A DNA stretch of 64,000 nucleotides. Origin: Eledone cirrhosa (taxonomy: Eukaryota). A model generated the notes under the pieces. That model did no database searches, was not told the origin of the DNA, and saw only the letters and a program-made list of their open reading frames with translations. Every line of letters starts with the position of its first letter. Within the stretch, counting starts at the first letter, position 1. Of this stretch, positions 57,155-64,000 are shown one piece after another. Location of the stretch: NCBI GenBank assembly GCA_964016885.1, contig OZ024743.1:306280001-306344000 (forward strand). The letters are read 5' to 3'. Made by a program: the position numbers and the translations under genes.

Positions 57155-57220
57155 TTGATTATGATGATGATGATGATGTTGATTATGATGATGATGATGA
57201 TGATGATGATGATGTTGATT

Positions 57221-57253
<33 letters not shown>

Positions 57254-57259
57254 TTGATT

Positions 57260-57292
<33 letters not shown>

Positions 57293-57879
57293 TGAGAAAA
57301 TGGAGGATGAGGAAGAAGATACGAGAAGGAGGAGGAGGAGAAGGAGGACGATGACGATATACATCATCATTATCATCGTCACCGTCAATGTTATCATCAT
57401 GACGGGGTCGTCGACGATGATGGAGATGATGATCACGAAGAAGAAGAAGAAGAAGAAGAAGAAGAAGAAGAAGAAGAAGAAGAAGAAGAAGGAGAAGAAG
57501 AAGATAATGATGACAACAACGACGTTGACAGTGTTGACGATGATGATGATGTTGATGACGATGACGATGATGGTGGTGATGATGATAATGATGATGATGA
57601 TGATGATGATGATGGTGAGGGTTACAGTGTCGGTGATGTAGTTGTTGGTAGCCATGATTAGTTCTGCTTGAGCAACTGTAGCGCCATCTAGATATGATTT
57701 GGAAGTTCAGTTAACTTAGCTACTTTGATGGCGAATATCAAAATAGCGATAATATTACTGCGAACTTTTTGGATATCTCGTCTGTGTTGTTCCCTGGCTG
57801 GCATCTTGAAATGAATACATACATACATACATACATACATACATACATACATACATACATACATACATACATACATACA

Positions 57880-57911
<32 letters not shown>

Positions 57912-57992
57912 CACATATACATACACACACATATACATACATACATACATACATACATACATACATACATACATACATACATACATACATAG

Positions 57993-58031
<39 letters not shown>

Positions 58032-58056
58032 CATACATACATACATACATACACAT

Positions 58057-58087
<31 letters not shown>

Positions 58088-58149
58088 CATACATATATAC
58101 ATACACATATACATACATACATACATACATACATACATACATACATACA

Positions 58150-58181
<32 letters not shown>

Positions 58182-58438
58182 CATACATACATACATACAT
58201 ACATACATACATACATACATACATACACACACATATACATACATACATACATACATACATACATACATACATACATACACACACACATACATACATATAT
58301 ACATATATACATACACATATACATACATACATACATACATACACATATACATACATACATTCACATATACATACATACATACACATATACATACATATAC
58401 ATATACACATACACATATACACATACATATATGCATAC

Positions 58439-58483
<45 letters not shown>

Positions 58484-58495
58484 TATACATATACA

Positions 58496-58590
<95 letters not shown>

Positions 58591-58826
58591 TATATATATA
58601 TATATATATATGGATTTCTTATATTTTATGATATACGGTATGTTTACGAATAAACATTTGGAAAGTTTTCTAGCTATATTATATGTGTACATATATGTAC
58701 ATACATATGTATATATATGACCAGCAAATCTCCAAAATGGCTGATTAAATACGCATGTGTCTTATTTCTCATTTTTTCCGTTCCTTCCTGTTTAGCTTTC
58801 TATTTTATCTTTTTTTACTAATTCTA

Positions 58827-58863
58827 TCTTTTGACGAAAGACTGCTGTCTGAAACGTTAAAAC
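58827..58863 (+). ncRNA. minimal hammerhead (family G) with C3 to U substitution
   Basis: tctt-TTGACGA-a-agac tgct gtct-GAAA-cg-TT-aaaa. Confidence 0.6.
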
Positions 58864-58935
58864 TCTTTTCCTGTTATTTCAAGCATTAATCTAATATATT
58901 TCTTCAATGTTCTGCTTTGTTATTTCTGTTTACTT

Positions 58936-58967
<32 letters not shown>

Positions 58968-59267
58968 CATACATACATACATACATACATACATACATAC
59001 ATGATGGCTGCCCCCCTTGTTATCGAGTATGTCCATTGCACAATATAACATTATTAATAATTATTAATTTATTCTATCGTGCAATGCCTGTGCGTGAAGA
59101 TTTTTTTAAGTGAGGAAAGACTGTGCACTGAGCCAATCCCACTCTCTGAGCGACACTAGCTATAACCCGAAAAGAAGAAAAGATCAACATCATCAAAAAA
59201 AGTATTTCTAAAGAAGGATAGTGAAAGTGAAAGAACAGAAGTGAGATAGTGATACAGAAGAAGGATT

Positions 59268-59665
59268 GACTGGTACTTTTTGTTACCGACCTTGAATGGG
59301 TGAAAGGCAAAGTTAACCTCGGTGGGATTTGAACTCAGAGGGCAGAGAGCCGTAAAAAAAAGACCATATGCGACATTCTAACGACTCTGCCAATTCGCTG
59401 CCTCCGAACAGAAGATTAACTAGATCAGTAATCAAAGAAACAACCTGTGGTATTAATTCATAGCTGAATCAATAATGTGGCGATCAAAATGTTTTGCCCC
59501 GTTTTGTTACGGCCCTTTACGTTCTCAGTTCAAATCCCGCCGAGGTAAACTTTGCCTATTTTATTAGAGTCAATAAAATAAAATACCACTTTAGTACAAG
59601 GGTCGATACAATCGACTTATATCCTCCCTACGGCTGATCTTTTGTCTAAATTTGAAACAATTATT
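59268..59665. mobile_element. two divergently oriented SINE family 1 copies (59268-59405 minus, 59478-59665 plus)
   Basis: gggatttgaactcagag and ctcagttcaaatcccgccgaggtaaactttgcc. Confidence 0.75.
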
Positions 59666-59700
59666 TAGTAACCAACTAGAAATATATAAATAAATATTAC

Positions 59701-60050
59701 CAGAAGTTCTCAAAGTGGGCGCTAACGCCTCCCGAGCGGCGTTGAGAAAGTCCAGGGGCCACAGGGGCCTAAGGGGGCGTGGTGGGGCGCGGTAGAGATG
59801 ATGAAATAATATATTAAATGTCAAATGATACATATTATATATAAATATAGTAAAATAAAAAATATATATTTATTTATACATAGTATATATTACATTATTT
59901 ATTATATATAAATTAACGATTTTATTTATTATATATTATTTACAATTTGTGTGTAGGCAGATCTCTCTGGAAAGACGGGCGGGTGCTAATGGTATTACGT
60001 GGACGTGGGGGGAGGGCTCTAAACCAAAGAAAGTTTAAGTGAATTATCGA
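59701..60050. mobile_element. hAT-Charlie-like MITE remnant
   Basis: Left end cagaagttctcaaagtgggcg, GC-rich subterminal blocks around an AT-rich core; right TIR is degenerate. Confidence 0.45.
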
Positions 60051-60229
60051 AATTCGAAATTTAGTGAGCGAATGTTGAGAAAAAAATAAATGACTTATAT
60101 TACAATGTTAAAAGCTGAACATATAAAAAAAAAAACGAAACAAAACTACCAGAAGGTGGAAGTAAAATGAAAATTTTTGAAAAATAAATTAGGTGAACAA
60201 ATGAATAAAAATGAATAAAGAAAAAGTTA

Positions 60230-60579
60230 CTTCTCCGAATTGAGAGACTACAGATCGGATATTACGAACGTGTGGTAAGAGTGTCTCAGGAAGAAATCAC
60301 TGGACAGGTTTTATGGGCAAAACCATCCGACAGGAGACCCAGAGGAAGACATCGAGCATGATGTTTGTATAACATCCATGAACTCGGCTGGTCTCGCTCG
60401 GGGATCCAACCAGATCAGTTGGAGATGGTTGCTTCTGACAGGACTCGCTGAAAGGAGTGTTTGAGGAGATCTGCCTCCACGACCCTCTCAGGAATAAGTG
60501 GACGAAGAAGAAGAAGAAGAAGAAGAAGAAGAAGAAGAAGAAGAAGAAGAAGAAGAAGAAGAAGAAGAAGAAGAAGAAG

Positions 60580-60609
<30 letters not shown>
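60230..60609 (+). mobile_element. RTE-clade LINE 3' end with expanded (GAA)n tail
   Basis: Homologous to 28062-28340. Confidence 0.65.
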
Positions 60610-60610
<1 letters not shown>

Positions 60611-60869
60611 TAAAGGAATATATGAAAGAGTGAATTTGAACGAATGAACGAATAATTGAATATAAAAAAGAAAAATGTTAGGACCAATAAGTAAATAAGA
60701 ATAAAGGACAAAAATAAATGAGTAAAAAACTGAAAGAATGAGAGAATCAACGAAAGGGTGTATTTTAATCCTGTCTGTGATTATGAAATAATTTTGAAAA
60801 TAATCAAGAATTTTGGTGGATTTAATAAAATAACTAATTTTGTCATTATTAGACGAGTGTTTAGAACAT

Positions 60870-61045
60870 AATTTAACGGAGGTCCTTACATAAAGTAATA
60901 TTTGTTAACTCAGCGAATGTTCTTACATAAAATTATATCTAACTTAACGAAGGTTCTTATTTAAAATTATATCTATTAACTTAACGAAGGTTCTTACATA
61001 AAATTATATTTATTAACTTATCGAAAGTTCCTTCATAAAATTATG
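60870..61045. repeat. ~37-bp minisatellite (ttaacttaacgaaggttcttacataaaattatatct), about 5 copies
   Basis: Read directly. Confidence 0.8.
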
Positions 61046-61169
61046 TCATTAACAGAGAACCGAAGTAATGTCAGTCGGTTTGGTTTCAAAAGTGTTAATG
61101 ATGAAATAATTGAAGATATTAATTGAAATAACGTATCAGAGATCTGTTGATAGCATATAAGGAGAACAA

Positions 61170-61386
61170 ATAATTGTTTCTACATTTGGCACAAGCAATT
61201 TAAAGGAAAAGGGAAAGGCGGTTAAATTGACTCCAGTGGGTTGCTGATACTATATGTTATCGACCCCGTAAGTATGAACCATATACCTAACCTCGGCAGG
61301 ATTTGAAATCAGAATGTAAAGGGCCGTAACTATATGCCACAAAGCATGTTGTCCGGCGCTCTACAGATTACTGACAATCCATCGCG
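61170..61386 (-). mobile_element. SINE family 1 with 13-bp target-site duplication
   Basis: ataaggagaacaa at 61157-61169 and 61387-61399. Confidence 0.85.
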
Positions 61387-61834
61387 ATAAGGAGAACAAT
61401 TAGTAAAATTAAATAACTAAAAAATTAAATATCACTGAATTGACAGAGTCTGTAGAGTGTCAGAGAAAATGAATATTCGTATTGGTTCGTGTTCTCTGCA
61501 ATCTAATTTACAATCACGCCAAGGTCTAAAGTGGTACTTTGTTTATCGCCCTCAAACCGATGAAAGAGAAAATTGATATCGGCGTGAATTTAACACAGAG
61601 GTAATGTGAGTGGATCAATCAAATCTAATCAAGGGCCTTCTCACTTCTGAAACAGGTTGTAGTAGGTTACATGGTACCAGTAGCAGGCAGTAGTTTGTAG
61701 GTTACATGCCACCAGTAGCAGGCAGTAGTAGGTTACATGGTACCAATAGCATTAACTGACAAGTGAGTTGATCACGGAAGGAATAAATGAACAATGAAAT
61801 ATGTGGCATAGGTGAGAGAGAACAAATGGAATAA

Positions 61835-62470
61835 TATAAAGTAGAAATATATAACGTAGAAATATATTCAGTAGAAATATATAGAGCAGAAATATATAGA
61901 GTAGAAATATATATAGAAATATATAAAGTAGAAATATATAGAGTAGAAATATGTAAAGTAGAAATATATAAAGTAGAAATATATAGAGTAGAAATATATA
62001 GAGTAGAAATATGCAAAGTAGAAATATATAGAGAGAAATATATAAAGTAGAAATGTATAATGTAGAAATATATGAAGAAGAAATAAATATATGAAGTTGA
62101 AATATATAAAGTAGAAATATATAATGTAGAAACATATTAAATAGAAATATATAATGTTAAATATATAATGTTAAATGTAGAAATATATAAAGTAGAAATA
62201 TATAAAGTAGAAATATATGAAGAAGAAATAAATATATGAAGTTGAAATATATAAAGTAGAAATATATAATGTAGAAACATATTAAATAGAAATATATAAA
62301 GTTGAAATATATAACTTAGAAATATATAGAGTAGAAATATACAAAGTAGAAATATGCAAAGTAGAAATATGCAAAGTAGAAATATATAGAGAGAAATATA
62401 TATAGTAGAAATATATAAAGTAGAAATATATAATGTAGAAATATATAAAGTAGAAATATGCAAAGTAGAA
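61835..62470. repeat. 15-bp satellite (agtagaaatatataa) array with an internal higher-order duplication
   Basis: Read directly; it explains the ISTLY ORFs. Confidence 0.92.
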
Positions 62471-62952
62471 AATTAAGTTCCGTGATACTGAAACTACAAA
62501 AGACAATTAACGAGGGAAATGGAATAAGTAAATAAGAGAATAAATGAATATATGAATGAAAAAGTTAGTGAATGAGCGAATGAGTGACTTCAATGAGCGA
62601 ATGGGTGAATAAAGGAATAAACAAAACTGAATATAAAGATGTGTAGAAAAGAAAAAAACTGTCCACTTAAGATTCTGAATGACAACGGCATGGAAAGTTA
62701 AAATGTCCGTTTCTAGAGAAGACGATAATGTATTCCCTTTGGGGAGGTTTATGTCTTATTAAATCGATTCGTTTTAATCGGTCATGAATATATTGATTGA
62801 TAATTCTCTTCTCACTTCTCCTTACAACATCTCATTAAAAGCGTGATCTTAGTGATTCTGGTGGTGGCGGTGTTGTTGTTATTGTTGTTGTTGGTGATGG
62901 TGGTGGTGGTGGTGGTGGTGGTGGTGGTAGTGGTGGTGGTGGTGGTGATGGT

Positions 62953-62984
<32 letters not shown>

Positions 62985-63002
62985 TGGTGGTGGTGGTGGA
63001 GG

Positions 63003-63033
<31 letters not shown>

Positions 63034-63570
63034 GGTGGTGGTAGTGGTGGTGCTGGTGCTGGTGCTGGTGGTACTGGTGGTACTGGTGGTGCTGGTGCTG
63101 GTGTGGTTGTGGTGGTGGTGGTGTTTGTAGTTGTTATAATGCTGTTATAAAGGTGGTGTAATGGGTTTGATTTTGAATCTAGTAATAGTAGTTGACACGG
63201 AGAGGTGGGGAGTTTTGTAGAATTGGTGGCGATTATGGTTGTGGTGATGTTGAAGGAGTGGTGGTCGTATGGGTTGAGATAATACATAGGATGATGATGA
63301 TCATCATCATGACGATGGTAGTGGTGGTGATGATGATGATGATGATGATGATGGTAGTGGTGACAATAGTGATGAGGATGATGTCGACGACGATGGTGAT
63401 GATGGTGATGACGATGATGTAAAACAAGACAAAACATGAATAGGAATGAGGAATGTCCCCGCTCCGCCTCTCCCTAGCAAATATTACAAGACAGGTCAGA
63501 TGTTACGTCCTGTGAAGTTTTTCTGTACTACTACTACAAATACCACCACCACCACCACAACCACCGCCAT

Positions 63571-63612
<42 letters not shown>

Positions 63613-63704
63613 GACTACTACTACTACTACTACTACTACTACGACGACTACTACTACGACTACTACAACCACCATTACTACCACCACCACCATTACTGCT
63701 AATA

Positions 63705-63985
63705 ATAATTGTTTCTACTTTTGGCACAAGGCCAGCAATTATCCAGTGTATTACTGGTACTTTATTTTATCGACCCCGTAAGGATAAAAGGCAAAGTTAA
63801 CCTTATATAAGCACAAGGCCAACAATTAAATAGACCTTCAGTGTATTACTGGTCCTTTATTTTATCGACTACGTAAGGTTGAAAGGCAAAGCTAACTCCG
63901 GCGAGATTTGAACTCAGAACGTAAAGGGCCGAGACTCTATGCTACAAAGCATGTTGTCCGACACTCTACCGATTTTGCCAATAAT
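63705..63985 (-). mobile_element. two tandem SINE family 1 copies
   Basis: ccagtgtattactggtactttattttatcgac-like block twice, gagatttgaactcagaac. Confidence 0.8.
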
Positions 63986-64000
63986 AATAATTCTTTCTTT

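Noticed and set aside
57682-57812. CTCF-like TAGATGGCGC and a possible small exon
   Set aside because: Partial motif only; the short frame has no recognisable homology.

Overview
Eukaryotic, gene-poor, extremely microsatellite-rich DNA. The tRNA-derived SINE families and (TA)n/(CA)n/(GA)n load suggest an octopus/cephalopod genome (inference). No host protein-coding gene is supportable, and almost all ORF-track entries are translated simple repeats. Recognisable content: one near-complete Penelope-like element (PLE; RT + GIY-YIG, 36.9-40.4 kb), three other PLE fragments, two head-to-tail decayed Tx1/L1-clade LINEs, RTE-clade LINE pieces (one 5'-inverted), an internally deleted mariner, MITEs and many SINEs. 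The main signal is a dense set of short non-coding elements embedded in (TA)n. Many are perfect fold-back palindromes carrying type I hammerhead ribozyme (HHR) motifs: I count 15 with an intact CUGANGA/GAAA/UH core in about 7 families, plus degenerate and half copies. Several unrelated families also share a second, covarying bulged stem-loop (RYTC-stem-loop-stem-TY-GARY) just downstream of the ribozyme, which I do not recognise as a described motif.
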